A stretch of 64,000 nt of DNA from Dongia sp. (GCF_041909655.1 NZ_JAYRDA010000006.1:87274-151273); one strand, 5' to 3'. Counted from the stretch's first letter, positions 1-9,321 are shown. The notes: generated from the letters alone by a model not told the origin. Numbers and translations are program-made.

Positions 1-1434
1 TCGGCCGCGGAATTGATGGCTGAATCCGGTCCCGACAGCATCGTCTTCGACATGCAGCACGGTTTGTGGGACCGCGTCAGCCTGGAACATGCGATCGGCC
101 TGGTGCGGCATCGCACCGTGCCGGTGGTGCGCAGCGCCGATGACAGCGATTTTGCCATCGGCTCGGTGCTCGATGCCGGTGCCCGCGTCCTCATCGTCCC
201 CATGGTCGATACGGTGGCGCAGGCAAAGGCGGTCGTGCGCAAGGCGAAATATCCGCCGATGGGCAGCCGTTCGGGCGGCGGCACCCGGCCGATGCTCGAT
301 TACAAGAGTTATATCGGCGGTGCCAATGAAGACATCCTGGTCGCAGTGATGATCGAGACCGCCGAGGCGGTGGCGAGCGCAGCCGAGATCGCCGCCATTC
401 CAGGCATCGACATCCTCTTCATCGGCCCGTTCGACCTTTCCATGTCGCTCGGCACCTTTCCCGATTTCGGCCCGAAGCACGAAGCGGCGGTGCAATCGGT
501 CCTCGCCGCGGCCAAGGCCCATGGCAAGACCTGCGGCATCTTCACCCCCTACGCGACCCAGGCCGCCGACCGGCGCGCGCAGGGTTTCCAATGGGTGGTG
601 CTGTCCTATGACCAGAGCCTGGTGCAGGACGCGGCCAAGGGTGCCGTCGCCCGCGCGGCGATGGGCACGGGACCAGACCTCGTCAAGAACGCCATTGCCC
701 TGGTAAGCGGTGCCAATGGCGGTATCGGCAGCGAGACCGTGCGTGCCCTGCTGCGCGGCGGTGCCGCGAAGATCTATTGTGGTGCGCGCAATGTCGATTC
801 CCTGCGGCAACTGACAGCGGTGGCGCCGGACAAGCTCGTGCCGGTGCAACTCGATGTGACTGATGCCGGCAGCGTCGCCAAGGCGGCATCAGCCTGCGGC
901 GACGTGACCTTGCTGGTCAACAATGCCGGCTGGAATTCGAATGAGGGTCTGTTCACGCCGAACGCCATCGACAATGCGCGGCGCGAGATGGAGATCAATT
1001 ATCTGGGGACGCTGGCGATGGCGCAGGCCTTCCAGCCGATCCTCGCCAGGAATGGTGGTGGCGCGATGGTCAACCTCATCACCGTGGTGGCGCATGCCAA
1101 TCTGCCAGTGATGTCGACCTATGCGGCCTCGAAAGCGGCACTGCTGTCGCTGACGCAAGGGCTGCGAGCGGAGCTGAAGCAGCAGGGGACCCATGTGATG
1201 GGGGTGTTGCCGGGGGCGGTGGATACGCCGATGACGCCGGGCTTCGAGGGCATGAAGATGCGTCCGTCGGCGGTGGCCGAGGCGATCATCCAGGGGCTGC
1301 GTGCCCGCATGGAAGACATCTATCCCGGCGCCATGGCGGCGGGTGTGGCCAGCGGCATCGCCCTCAATGCCAAGGGCGTCGAGCACGAATTTGCGAATTA
1401 TCTGCCGGAGCGTTCCGCCGCGCGGCCAAAATGA
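1..1434 (+). CDS. HpcH/HpaI aldolase fused to a short-chain dehydrogenase/reductase (5' end lies outside the window)
   Basis: Frame is open from base 1. N-half has HpcH motifs (FDMQHG, VMIETAEAV, FIGPFDLSMSLG). C-half has SDR motifs (VSGANGGIG, LVNNAG, YAASK). No stop between them. Confidence 0.85.
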   Translation, partial: SAAELMAESGPDSIVFDMQHGLWDRVSLEHAIGLVRHRTVPVVRSADDSDFAIGSVLDAGARVLIVPMVDTVAQAKAVVRKAKYPPMGSRSGGGTRPMLDYKSYIGGANEDILVAVMIETAEAVASAAEIAAIPGIDILFIGPFDLSMSLGTFPDFGPKHEAAVQSVLAAAKAHGKTCGIFTPYATQAADRRAQGFQWVVLSYDQSLVQDAAKGAVARAAMGTGPDLVKNAIALVSGANGGIGSETVRALLRGGAAKIYCGARNVDSLRQLTAVAPDKLVPVQLDVTDAGSVAKAASACGDVTLLVNNAGWNSNEGLFTPNAIDNARREMEINYLGTLAMAQAFQPILARNGGGAMVNLITVVAHANLPVMSTYAASKAALLSLTQGLRAELKQQGTHVMGVLPGAVDTPMTPGFEGMKMRPSAVAEAIIQGLRARMEDIYPGAMAAGVASGIALNAKGVEHEFANYLPERSAARPK

Positions 1435-2222
1435 TCCAGGTCGATAACATCGTGAAGCGCTTCGGTGGCATCCGCGCCGTCGATGGTTGTTCGCTTGCCG
1501 TGGCGAAGGGGTCGGTGACCGGCCTTATCGGACCCAATGGGGCGGGCAAGTCGACCCTCTTCAACATCATCGCCGGCATGCTGGCGCCCGATGGCGGATC
1601 GATCATGCTCGACGGCAGGGATGTGACTGGTTGGCCCGCACATAGACTGTTCCGCGAGGGTCTCGCCCGCACCTTTCAGATTGCCCATGAATTTGCCCGC
1701 ATGACCGTGCTGGAGAATCTGATGGCGGTGCCGGCGGGCCAGTCGGGCGAGCGGCTGGTGAATACCTGGCTGCGCTGGGGCGCGGTCAGGGAGGAAGAAA
1801 AGAAAATCCGGGCGCGCGCCGAAGAGGTTCTCGACCAACTGCGCATCGATCACGTGAAGCACGAACTTGCCGGCAACCTTTCCGGCGGGCAGAAGAAACT
1901 GGTGGAACTGGCACGGACCATGATGTGGCATCCCAAGGTCGTGCTGCTCGACGAGATCGGCGCCGGCGTCAACCGCACGCTGCTCGCGGAAATCGCCGGG
2001 GAGATCGAGCGCTTGAACCGGGATCACGGCTATACCTTCTTTGTGATCGAGCATGACATGGATTTGATCGCGCGGCTTTGTGATCCGGTGATCGTGATGG
2101 CCGAGGGCCGCGTTCTTACCCAGGGCTCGATGGCCGAGATCCGTGCGAATGCGGAGGTGATCGAGGCCTATCTCGGTGGCGGCAAGGGGAAGCCAGGCAA
2201 GGTGCAGCATGGCGCTGCTTGA
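1431..2222 (+). CDS. Branched-chain amino acid-type ABC transporter ATP-binding protein (LivG-like)
   Basis: Walker A GPNGAGKS, signature LSGGQKKL, Walker B LLLDE-type VVLLDE, H-loop IEHDM, C-terminal VIEAYLG. Confidence 0.92.
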   Translation: MIQVDNIVKRFGGIRAVDGCSLAVAKGSVTGLIGPNGAGKSTLFNIIAGMLAPDGGSIMLDGRDVTGWPAHRLFREGLARTFQIAHEFARMTVLENLMAVPAGQSGERLVNTWLRWGAVREEEKKIRARAEEVLDQLRIDHVKHELAGNLSGGQKKLVELARTMMWHPKVVLLDEIGAGVNRTLLAEIAGEIERLNRDHGYTFFVIEHDMDLIARLCDPVIVMAEGRVLTQGSMAEIRANAEVIEAYLGGGKGKPGKVQHGAA

Positions 2223-2913
2223 GGCATCCGGGCTGGTCGGTGGTTATGGCGGCATGGATATCCTCAATGGTGTCGATCTCAATGTCGATACGCCGGAAAT
2301 AGTGGTCATCATCGGTGCCAATGGTGCCGGCAAATCGACCGCGATGAAGGCTCTCTTTGGCCTTGTTGCCTTGCGCAGCGGCAAGGTGGTTTTCGACGGC
2401 GCCGAGGTGACGGGCCAGATGCCCAATCAATTGGTCGCACGCGGCATGGGCTATGTGCCGCAGGAGCGCAATGTCTTCCGCAATCTCACCGTGCGCGAGA
2501 ATCTGGAGATGGGGGCTTTTCTGAAACCCGCTTCCCAGGCGCGCATGCTGGAGCAGGTCTTCGCGCTGTTCCCGGTGCTGATGGAAAAGGCGAGACAGCC
2601 AGCGGGCGAGCTGTCCGGCGGGCAGCGCCAGATGGTGGCGGTCGGCCGCGCCTTGATGGCCGAGCCCAAGCTGCTGATGCTGGACGAGCCCACGGCAGGG
2701 CTTTCGCCGCTGGTGATGGCGCAGATATTCGAACGCATCGTCGCCGTGAATGCCGCCGGGATCGGCATCCTGCTGGTAGAGCAGAATGCGCGCCAGGCAC
2801 TCAGCATCGCCCATCGCGGTTACGTTCTGGCGACGGGGCGCAATCGCTTCACCGGAAGCGCGGATGCCTTGCTCGCCAATCCCGATATCGGCCAATCCTT
2901 TCTGGGCGGGTGA
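2209..2913 (+). CDS. ABC transporter ATP-binding protein (LivF-like)
   Basis: GANGAGKST, LSGGQRQM, LMLDEPTAGLSP. Start moved to ATG 2209. Confidence 0.92.
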   Translation: MALLEASGLVGGYGGMDILNGVDLNVDTPEIVVIIGANGAGKSTAMKALFGLVALRSGKVVFDGAEVTGQMPNQLVARGMGYVPQERNVFRNLTVRENLEMGAFLKPASQARMLEQVFALFPVLMEKARQPAGELSGGQRQMVAVGRALMAEPKLLMLDEPTAGLSPLVMAQIFERIVAVNAAGIGILLVEQNARQALSIAHRGYVLATGRNRFTGSADALLANPDIGQSFLGG

Positions 2914-2921
2914 GGGAAGAC

Positions 2922-3812
2922 ATGGCCGAGTTCATCAATCTCTATCTTCTTCCCGGCATCGCGGTCGGCTGCATCTATGCCTTGGGTGCCGTCGGTATCT
3001 CCTTGATTTTCGCGATCCTGCGCTTCGCCCATTTCGCCCATGGCGATCTCATGACGCTGGGCGCCTATATCGCCTACAGTTTGGTGGCCGGTCTCGGTTG
3101 GTCGGTCTATGCGGCCTTGCCCTTTGCGCTGGTCGTCGGCGCGGTGGCGGGCATGAGCATCGACCGTGTCGTCTACAAGCCGTTCCGGCGCTCGGCCGGC
3201 ATCATTGTCGTCATCGCCTCGTTCGGCGTGATGCTGGTTCTGCGCTCGCTCATCCAGCTCATCTGGGGTGTTGAAACCCTGTCCTACGAGACCGGCATCC
3301 GCCGACCGGTGCCGCTTTTCGGCGACATCAAGCTGGCGCAGAAGCATATCGTCATCATTATCGTCTCCCTGGCGATCGCTGCCGCCCTGCACTGGTTTCT
3401 GAGCCGAAGCCGCATGGGCAAGGCGATGCGCGCGATGAGCGACGATGCCGATCTCGCCCGTGTCTCCGGCATCGATACCGAAAAGGTCGTACGCTGGACC
3501 TGGATCATCGGCGGCGGCCTTGCGGCGGCGGCGGGGATCTTTGCCGGCATCAATACCAAGCTTCATCCCAGCATCGGCTGGGATCTGCTGCTGCCGCTCT
3601 TCGCGGCGGCGATCCTGGGCGGGATCGGGCGGCCCTATGGTGCCATCGTCGGCGGGCTGGCGATCGGTGTGGCGCAGGAGGTTGCGACCTATCCCTGGTT
3701 CAGCGATTTGCCGCTGGTGCCGCCGGCCTACAAGAATGCGGTCGCCTTCTTCGTCATGGTGGCGATGCTGGTCTGGCGGCCGACGGGACTCTTCAAGGGC
3801 AGGGTGCTCTGA
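2922..3812 (+). CDS. ABC transporter permease (LivH-like)
   Basis: YALGAVGISLIF..HFAHGDLMTLGAY, GKAMRAMSDD..LARVSGID; hydrophobic. ATG 2922 follows GAGGGA. Confidence 0.92.
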   Translation: MAEFINLYLLPGIAVGCIYALGAVGISLIFAILRFAHFAHGDLMTLGAYIAYSLVAGLGWSVYAALPFALVVGAVAGMSIDRVVYKPFRRSAGIIVVIASFGVMLVLRSLIQLIWGVETLSYETGIRRPVPLFGDIKLAQKHIVIIIVSLAIAAALHWFLSRSRMGKAMRAMSDDADLARVSGIDTEKVVRWTWIIGGGLAAAAGIFAGINTKLHPSIGWDLLLPLFAAAILGGIGRPYGAIVGGLAIGVAQEVATYPWFSDLPLVPPAYKNAVAFFVMVAMLVWRPTGLFKGRVL

Positions 3813-4756
3813 TGGACATCCCGATGTTCGGCCTCTTCATGTACGCGCTCAGCTTGCTGACCATGATCGGGATCTATGGCGTGCTGACCCTGGCGCTCAA
3901 TCTGCAATGGGGTTTTGCCGGTCTCTTCAATGCCGGCATCGCCGGCTTCTTCGCCGTGGGTGCCTATGTGACCGGTATCCTGACGGCGCCCGAAAGTTCC
4001 AATCATCTGGGCGGGTTCGGCTGGCCACCGCTGGCGGCGCTGCCGGTTGCCATGCTGATCAGCGGCATCATCGCCTGGCCGATCGGGCGCATCTGCCTGG
4101 GCCTCAAGGGCGATTACCTCGCCATGGCCTCGATCGGCATCGCCGAGATCATCCGCCTCGTCTTCAAGAACGAAACCTGGCTTGCCAATGGGACGATGGG
4201 GATATCGACCGTGCCGCGACCCTTCGAAAGTCTCGGCCAGCCCTGGGGCAACATCGCTTTCCTCGCACTCGTCGCCGCATTGGTGCTGGTGCTCTACCTT
4301 GCCGCCGAGCGCGCCTGGACTTCACCCTGGGGCCGTGCCATGCGCTCCATCCGCGACAATGAATTGGCGGCAGCGGCGATCGGCAAGGATGTGGTCCGCT
4401 TCCGTCTCGAAGCCTTCGTGATCGGGGCGATGGTGATGGGATTGGGCGGGGCACTCTCCGCCATGTATTTCAAATTCATCGGCGCCAGTGCCACCGAACC
4501 CCTGCTCACCACCTTCCTCGTCTGGGTGATGCTGATCATTGGCGGCAGCGGCAACAATCGTGGGGCGTTGCTGGGCGCGGCCCTGGTCTGGCTGATCTGG
4601 TCGGGGACCGAGCTCTTCACCAATCGCCTGCCGGCGGAATGGATTACCCGCTCGTCTTACCTGCGGGCACTCCTCATCGGCGTGCTGCTGATTGTCGTGC
4701 TGCAGCGCTTCGCCAAGGGCGTGCTGCCGGAACGTCCGCCAAAGCGCATCGATTAG
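3812..4756 (+). CDS. ABC transporter permease (LivM-like)
   Basis: LNLQWGFAGLFNAG, GDYLAMASIG, WGRAMRSIRDNE, IIGGSGNNRGA. Confidence 0.92.
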   Translation: MDIPMFGLFMYALSLLTMIGIYGVLTLALNLQWGFAGLFNAGIAGFFAVGAYVTGILTAPESSNHLGGFGWPPLAALPVAMLISGIIAWPIGRICLGLKGDYLAMASIGIAEIIRLVFKNETWLANGTMGISTVPRPFESLGQPWGNIAFLALVAALVLVLYLAAERAWTSPWGRAMRSIRDNELAAAAIGKDVVRFRLEAFVIGAMVMGLGGALSAMYFKFIGASATEPLLTTFLVWVMLIIGGSGNNRGALLGAALVWLIWSGTELFTNRLPAEWITRSSYLRALLIGVLLIVVLQRFAKGVLPERPPKRID

Positions 4757-5418
4757 GGAAGGTTGGATGCGATTTCGGTCAGGCTTGCGATGGGAGTCGT
4801 GCGCCTGAGCAGATCGTATTCGAGCGGCCCATCCTGACGTCGCAGCCAGAAGACACGGAAGCCGAAGCGCGCGGCCCCCATGGCGTCCCAGGCATTGCTG
4901 GAAACAAAGCCGATGCCGGAGGCTGGCAGGCCGAGCTGTTCCACAGCCATGGCATAGACTCGTGGATCGGGTTTGTAGAAGCGGAGGCGCTCGACCGAGA
5001 GCAAGGGGTCGAGTTGGTTGATGAGGCCGGCGCTGGCAAAGGCTTCGCGCAGCATGGCTCCCGTACCGTTGGAGAGGATACCGAGCCTGAGCCCGCGCGC
5101 CTTCAGAATTTCCAAAACGGGCGCCACATCGGGGAACGGATCGAGCCGGCGATAGGCTTCGAGGAGGTCGCCGCGCAAGGCCGCATCCGTGACGCCATGC
5201 TGTGCCAAGGCGAAGTCGAGTGCCTCTGCGGTGAGGATGTCGAAGGGCCGGTAATCGCCGGCAAGCGAGAGCGTCCAGGTATATTCAAGCTGCTTCTGGC
5301 GCCACAGGGTCGAGATCGCCGCGGCGTCAGCGCCCAGGCGAGCCTGGTGCCTGGCGACACTCGCATGGATGTCGAGCAGGGTCCCGTAGGCATCGAAGAG
5401 CAAGGCGGAGAGGGCCAT
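4753..5418 (-). CDS. Haloacid dehalogenase, type II (L-2-haloacid dehalogenase-like)
   Basis: FDAYGTLLD, WRQKQLEYTW, ILSNG, YKPDPRVY, VSSNAWD motifs. Confidence 0.9.
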   Translation of the reverse strand: MALSALLFDAYGTLLDIHASVARHQARLGADAAAISTLWRQKQLEYTWTLSLAGDYRPFDILTAEALDFALAQHGVTDAALRGDLLEAYRRLDPFPDVAPVLEILKARGLRLGILSNGTGAMLREAFASAGLINQLDPLLSVERLRFYKPDPRVYAMAVEQLGLPASGIGFVSSNAWDAMGAARFGFRVFWLRRQDGPLEYDLLRRTTPIASLTEIASNLP

Positions 5419-5439
5419 TGGCGTTCCCCTCGAAATGCG

Positions 5440-5473
5440 ATCGGCCCGTCTCTCGAGAGAAAGACGGGCCGAT
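5440..5473. terminator. Intergenic hairpin 3' of the substrate-binding protein gene (terminator or stabiliser)
   Basis: ATCGGCCCGTCT-N10-AGACGGGCCGAT perfect inverted repeat; no clear U-tract. Confidence 0.55.
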
Positions 5474-5491
5474 GCGGTGGATGGCTATCCG

Positions 5492-6706
5492 TTACGGGTT
5501 GACGAGGCCGATTTGCTTGTAGCCGTCGCCCTCGACCACGAAATGGCCGATGACGCCGGGAATGTCGCCATTGGCGTCGAATTCCATCTCGCCGGTGGCG
5601 CCGGAATAGTCGATGTCCTTGCCGGCGGCGATCAACTCCTTGGCCTTCTTCCATTCGCCGGGCAGGATCTTTTCACCCGGTGCACTGGCCACCTCGCGCA
5701 AGGCATCGCGCACTTTGGCGCGGTCGGTGGAGCCGGCCTTCTCGACCGCGAGGGCGGCCAGCATGACCGAGTCATAGGTCTGGCCGATGAAGATCTTGTC
5801 CTTGGTGGTCTGGAACTTGGCCGTATAGAGGGCCTCGAAAGCCTTCGCGGCATCGCTTTCCGGAGCAGAAGGCGAGGTGAAGAACGAGCCCGCCAGATTC
5901 TCGGCGCCGATCTGCTCGATGAGCTTGTTGTCGCGCAGACCGTCCGTGCCGACGAAGCGGGTGAAGAGATCGTTCTCCAGCGCTTCCTTGACGATGGTGG
6001 TGCCGGAATCGCCGGCATAGGCGATCAGCACGAGGGCTTCCGGCTTGTCCTTGGCGAGGGTGCCGAGTTCGGCCATGTAGCTCTGCTGCTTTTCCTCATG
6101 CTTCACCTCGGCCGTGATCATGCCGCCGCCGGCCTTGTAGGCCTCGGCGAAGCCGGTCGCGAGCGGTGTCGCGTAATCGTTGTTGGCATAGGTAAGGGCG
6201 ACCGTCTTGATGCCCTGGTCCAGTACCAGCTTTGCCAGCACGACGCCCTGATAGGCATCCGAGGGCACGATGCGGAAAACGGTGTCGTTGTCCTTGAGCC
6301 CGGTGAAATCCGGCGAAGTCGCGGTGGGCGAGATCAGGGGGACGCCGGCCGGGATGGTGACGGCATTGGCGGCGGCCAAGGTCGTTCCCGACATGAGCGC
6401 GCCCGCAACGATCGGCACATTCTCGATATTGACCAGCTTGGTGGCGGCGTCGACGGCGCCTTGCGTGGCGCCGGTCGTGTCGCCTACCACGGTCACCATC
6501 TGGCCGTCGAGCAGGCCGCCACCGGCATTGACCTCGTCATTGGCCAGGGTCACCGCATCCATCATCGGCGGGATGAAGCTGGCGATCGGGCCGGTGACGT
6601 CGAAAAGGATGCCGATCTTGGTATCGGCGGCGAGGGCCGGTGTTGCCGTCAGGGCGGCGAGAGTGGCGAGGCTCGCGGTTGTCAGCAGAATGCGACGCAT
6701 ATTCAT
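5492..6706 (-). CDS. ABC transporter substrate-binding protein (Leu/Ile/Val-binding family)
   Basis: Signal peptide (ALA-AD), KIGILFDVTGP, ISPTATSP, FRIVPSDAYQG, DYSGATG. Confidence 0.9.
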   Translation of the reverse strand: MNMRRILLTTASLATLAALTATPALAADTKIGILFDVTGPIASFIPPMMDAVTLANDEVNAGGGLLDGQMVTVVGDTTGATQGAVDAATKLVNIENVPIVAGALMSGTTLAAANAVTIPAGVPLISPTATSPDFTGLKDNDTVFRIVPSDAYQGVVLAKLVLDQGIKTVALTYANNDYATPLATGFAEAYKAGGGMITAEVKHEEKQQSYMAELGTLAKDKPEALVLIAYAGDSGTTIVKEALENDLFTRFVGTDGLRDNKLIEQIGAENLAGSFFTSPSAPESDAAKAFEALYTAKFQTTKDKIFIGQTYDSVMLAALAVEKAGSTDRAKVRDALREVASAPGEKILPGEWKKAKELIAAGKDIDYSGATGEMEFDANGDIPGVIGHFVVEGDGYKQIGLVNP

Positions 6707-6753
6707 GATGTCATGTCTCCCAGTTTTCTGGCTTGCCGTTTATTCGGCAAATC

Positions 6754-6996
6754 TCAGGTGAAGGCGTTGAAGGTGATGAGGGTGAGGGTGTCCTTGACGA
6801 AAGGCAGGGTCTGCAGTTCCGATGTGACGAAACGGCCGACATCCATTTCGGTCGGCAGATAGCATTTCACGAGCAGATCGTATTGCCCCGAGATCGAATA
6901 AAGCTCGGCGATCTGCTGGACCGTATCGAGGGCCGTTTCGGCCACCTCATAGGCCTTGCCGGGGTCGCATTTGACCATCACGAAGATCGGCCGCAT
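6754..6996 (-). CDS. Stand-alone Lrp/AsnC ligand-binding domain protein (no HTH)
   Basis: 80 aa, MRPIFVMVKC..ELYSISGQYDLLVK..VKDTLTLI. ATG 6996 follows GGAG. Confidence 0.85.
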   Translation of the reverse strand: MRPIFVMVKCDPGKAYEVAETALDTVQQIAELYSISGQYDLLVKCYLPTEMDVGRFVTSELQTLPFVKDTLTLITFNAFT

Positions 6997-7113
6997 GGCT
7001 GGCAACTCCTTGTTCTCGGGTAAAATCCTGGCGGCATGTTGCCCCGCCGGCCAGCCAAAATCCAGTCCCGGCAAAATCCAGCCCCGGCAAGGCACAATCC
7101 GGTGATGGGTCAA

Positions 7114-8355
7114 TCAGGTGACGGCGGCCCGCCGGTTGAACTCGGGGCGGCGCCATTCCTCCTGGGCCAGGACCGTCTTCAACACGGCCACGGCATCCCA
7201 GATGTCCTGATAGCGGAGATAAAGCGGTGTGAAGCCGAAGCGCAGGAGATCGGGGGCCCGGAAATCGCCGATGACACGACGCGCGATCAGGGCCTGCATG
7301 ATCGGATAGCCGTGGTTATGCCCATAGCTGACCTGGCTGCCGCGCTGGCGTCCATCGGCGGGGCTGGCGAGGCCCAATCCCGTGCCACCGCATTCCTGTG
7401 CCACCAAACGGATCATGAGGTCGCCGAGCGCCAGGGATTTCGCACGCAACTGGCCAAGATCGATCCCGTCGAAGGTTTCAAGGCCGCATTGCAGCGCCGC
7501 CATGCCGATCACCGAGGGGGTCCCCACCAGATAGCGCTCGATCCCGTCCCGTGGGCGGTAGGCGGTGTCGAAATCGAAGGGCTGGGCATGGCCGAACCAA
7601 CCGAAGAGGGGTTGCTGTGCCGCGCCCAGCCAGCGCCGGGCGACATAGAGAAAGGCCGGTGCCCCCGGGCCGCCATTGAGATATTTGTAACCACACCCCA
7701 CCGCGAAATCGCAGCCATGGCGGTCGAGTTCGACCGGCATGGCGCCGGCGGAATGGGCAAGATCCCAGAGCGTGAGAGCGCCCACATCGCGGGCGCGGGC
7801 GTTGATCGCCGCCATGTCGTGCCGGCGGCCGGTGCGGTAATCCACATCAGTCAGCATGACGATGGCGACATCGTCATGGATGCGGTCGAGCACTTGTTCC
7901 GGCCGGACCAGTTCCAGACGGTGATCGCGCCCCAGCAATTGCGCCAAACCCTGCGCCATGTAGAGATCGGTGGGGAAATTGCCGATATCAGACAGGATGA
8001 TCTTGCGCTTGGGCCTCAGGCTCAAGGCCGCACTTAGGAGCTTGAAGACGTTGAGCGAGGTCGAATCGCAGACCGCCACTTCGTCTTCGCTGGCGCCGAT
8101 CAGCGGTGCCAGCTTGGCGCCCAGCCGTTTCGGCAGATCGACCCAGCCATGGGTGTTCCAGCCGGTGATAAGATCGTCGCCCCATTGCCGGCGGATCACC
8201 TGATCGACATGTGCCGCCGTTGCCTTGGGCAGGGCGCCCAGCGAATTGCCGTCGAGATAGACAACGCCTTCGGGCAGATGAAAGCGGTCGCGCGCAAAGG
8301 CGAGCGGGTCGTCGCGATCCAGCTGTTCGCAGTGAGCGCGGTCGAGAGACTGCAT
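7114..8355 (-). CDS. kynU: Kynureninase
   Basis: YLDGNSLGALP, WDLAHSAGA, GCGYKYLNGGPG (PLP Lys), GDFRAPDLLRFG. Confidence 0.95.
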   Translation of the reverse strand: MQSLDRAHCEQLDRDDPLAFARDRFHLPEGVVYLDGNSLGALPKATAAHVDQVIRRQWGDDLITGWNTHGWVDLPKRLGAKLAPLIGASEDEVAVCDSTSLNVFKLLSAALSLRPKRKIILSDIGNFPTDLYMAQGLAQLLGRDHRLELVRPEQVLDRIHDDVAIVMLTDVDYRTGRRHDMAAINARARDVGALTLWDLAHSAGAMPVELDRHGCDFAVGCGYKYLNGGPGAPAFLYVARRWLGAAQQPLFGWFGHAQPFDFDTAYRPRDGIERYLVGTPSVIGMAALQCGLETFDGIDLGQLRAKSLALGDLMIRLVAQECGGTGLGLASPADGRQRGSQVSYGHNHGYPIMQALIARRVIGDFRAPDLLRFGFTPLYLRYQDIWDAVAVLKTVLAQEEWRRPEFNRRAAVT

Positions 8356-8981
8356 CAGAGGCTCCGCAGAATGGCGCGCACCGGGCTCGAATCGGCGCCG
8401 GCGATCTTGAGTGGCAAGGCAATGAGTTCATAAATCCCGAACGGCACCGCGTCCAGCACCAGTCCTTCCAGGATCGCCATGCCATGCCGCGCCACGGCGA
8501 GATGTGCGTCCATGGTCTTCGACGTTTGCGGATCGAGCGATGGCGTGTCGGTGCCGATGAGGCGCACGCCGCGCGCGGCCAGTTCATCGATGAGAGTGGC
8601 ATCGATGGCGGCGAAGTTCGCGTCCCAATCCAGCTGCGGGGCGCGGTCATAGGTGCGGATGAGAACGCGCTCGATGCCGGGCTCGATCTGCGGGAGGATC
8701 TCGGCACAGCCGATCAGCGCGCCGGCCTGCCGGCCGTCGACGACTAGCGCGGGGCCGAGATAGCGGGCGGGATCGACCGCGTCGATGGGTGCGCCCGCGG
8801 CATCGTAGTGGAACGGCGCATCGGCATGGCTGCCGCTATGGGTGGAGAGGGTGAGGGCGGAGACATTGACCGGAACGCCCGGCGCCATCGCCCAAATCCG
8901 CCGGAGATCGAACGCGGTATCGCCGGGCCAGACCGGCAGGCCGACGCGCAGGGTTTGGGAAATATCGTAGATCTGGGACAT
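8355..8981 (-). CDS. kynB: Kynurenine formamidase (arylformamidase, cyclase family)
   Basis: HSGSHADAPFH metal motif, GTDTPSLDP, LEGLVLD; abuts kynU. Confidence 0.93.
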   Translation of the reverse strand: MSQIYDISQTLRVGLPVWPGDTAFDLRRIWAMAPGVPVNVSALTLSTHSGSHADAPFHYDAAGAPIDAVDPARYLGPALVVDGRQAGALIGCAEILPQIEPGIERVLIRTYDRAPQLDWDANFAAIDATLIDELAARGVRLIGTDTPSLDPQTSKTMDAHLAVARHGMAILEGLVLDAVPFGIYELIALPLKIAGADSSPVRAILRSL

Positions 8982-9038
8982 GGGGCGCCTTGACTAGGCG
9001 CAACCATAGCCGAGGGATGCTGGATACGGAAGCCGGCG

Positions 9039-9236
9039 TTACTTGGGCGCCAGGACGAAGAAATAGACAGCCGCCAAGCCGCCGCCCACCAGGACCAGCA
9101 GCCACAGCAGAATGCCCATCATCTCCATCGCGCCCAGCCCCTTTTTCACGGGCTTGACGGCGGCAGTGTCGCCGCCGCGTCCAGCCACGATGTCCAGCGC
9201 TTTCTGTTCGTTTTCCCGGCGGCTCATATCGTTCAC
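9039..9236 (-). CDS. Small hypothetical protein with a single C-terminal transmembrane helix
   Basis: 65 aa ORF filling the kynB-hisI gap; hydrophobic ILLWLLVLVGGGLAAVYFFVLA. Start may be ATG 9227. Confidence 0.65.
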   Translation of the reverse strand: MNDMSRRENEQKALDIVAGRGGDTAAVKPVKKGLGAMEMMGILLWLLVLVGGGLAAVYFFVLAPK

Positions 9237-9281
9237 TTGCGGCGGGATGCCGCTTAGAGGGAAAGTCTAAGTCCTGCCGAC

Positions 9282-9297
9282 TTAACAAGAGCTTAAC
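9282..9297. promoter_or_regulatory. CtrA-binding box
   Basis: TTAA-CAAGAGC-TTAAC, an exact TTAA-N7-TTAAC, 46 nt upstream of the small membrane protein. Confidence 0.65.
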
Positions 9298-9321
9298 CCT
9301 GCTCCAATCAGGGTTATGATC

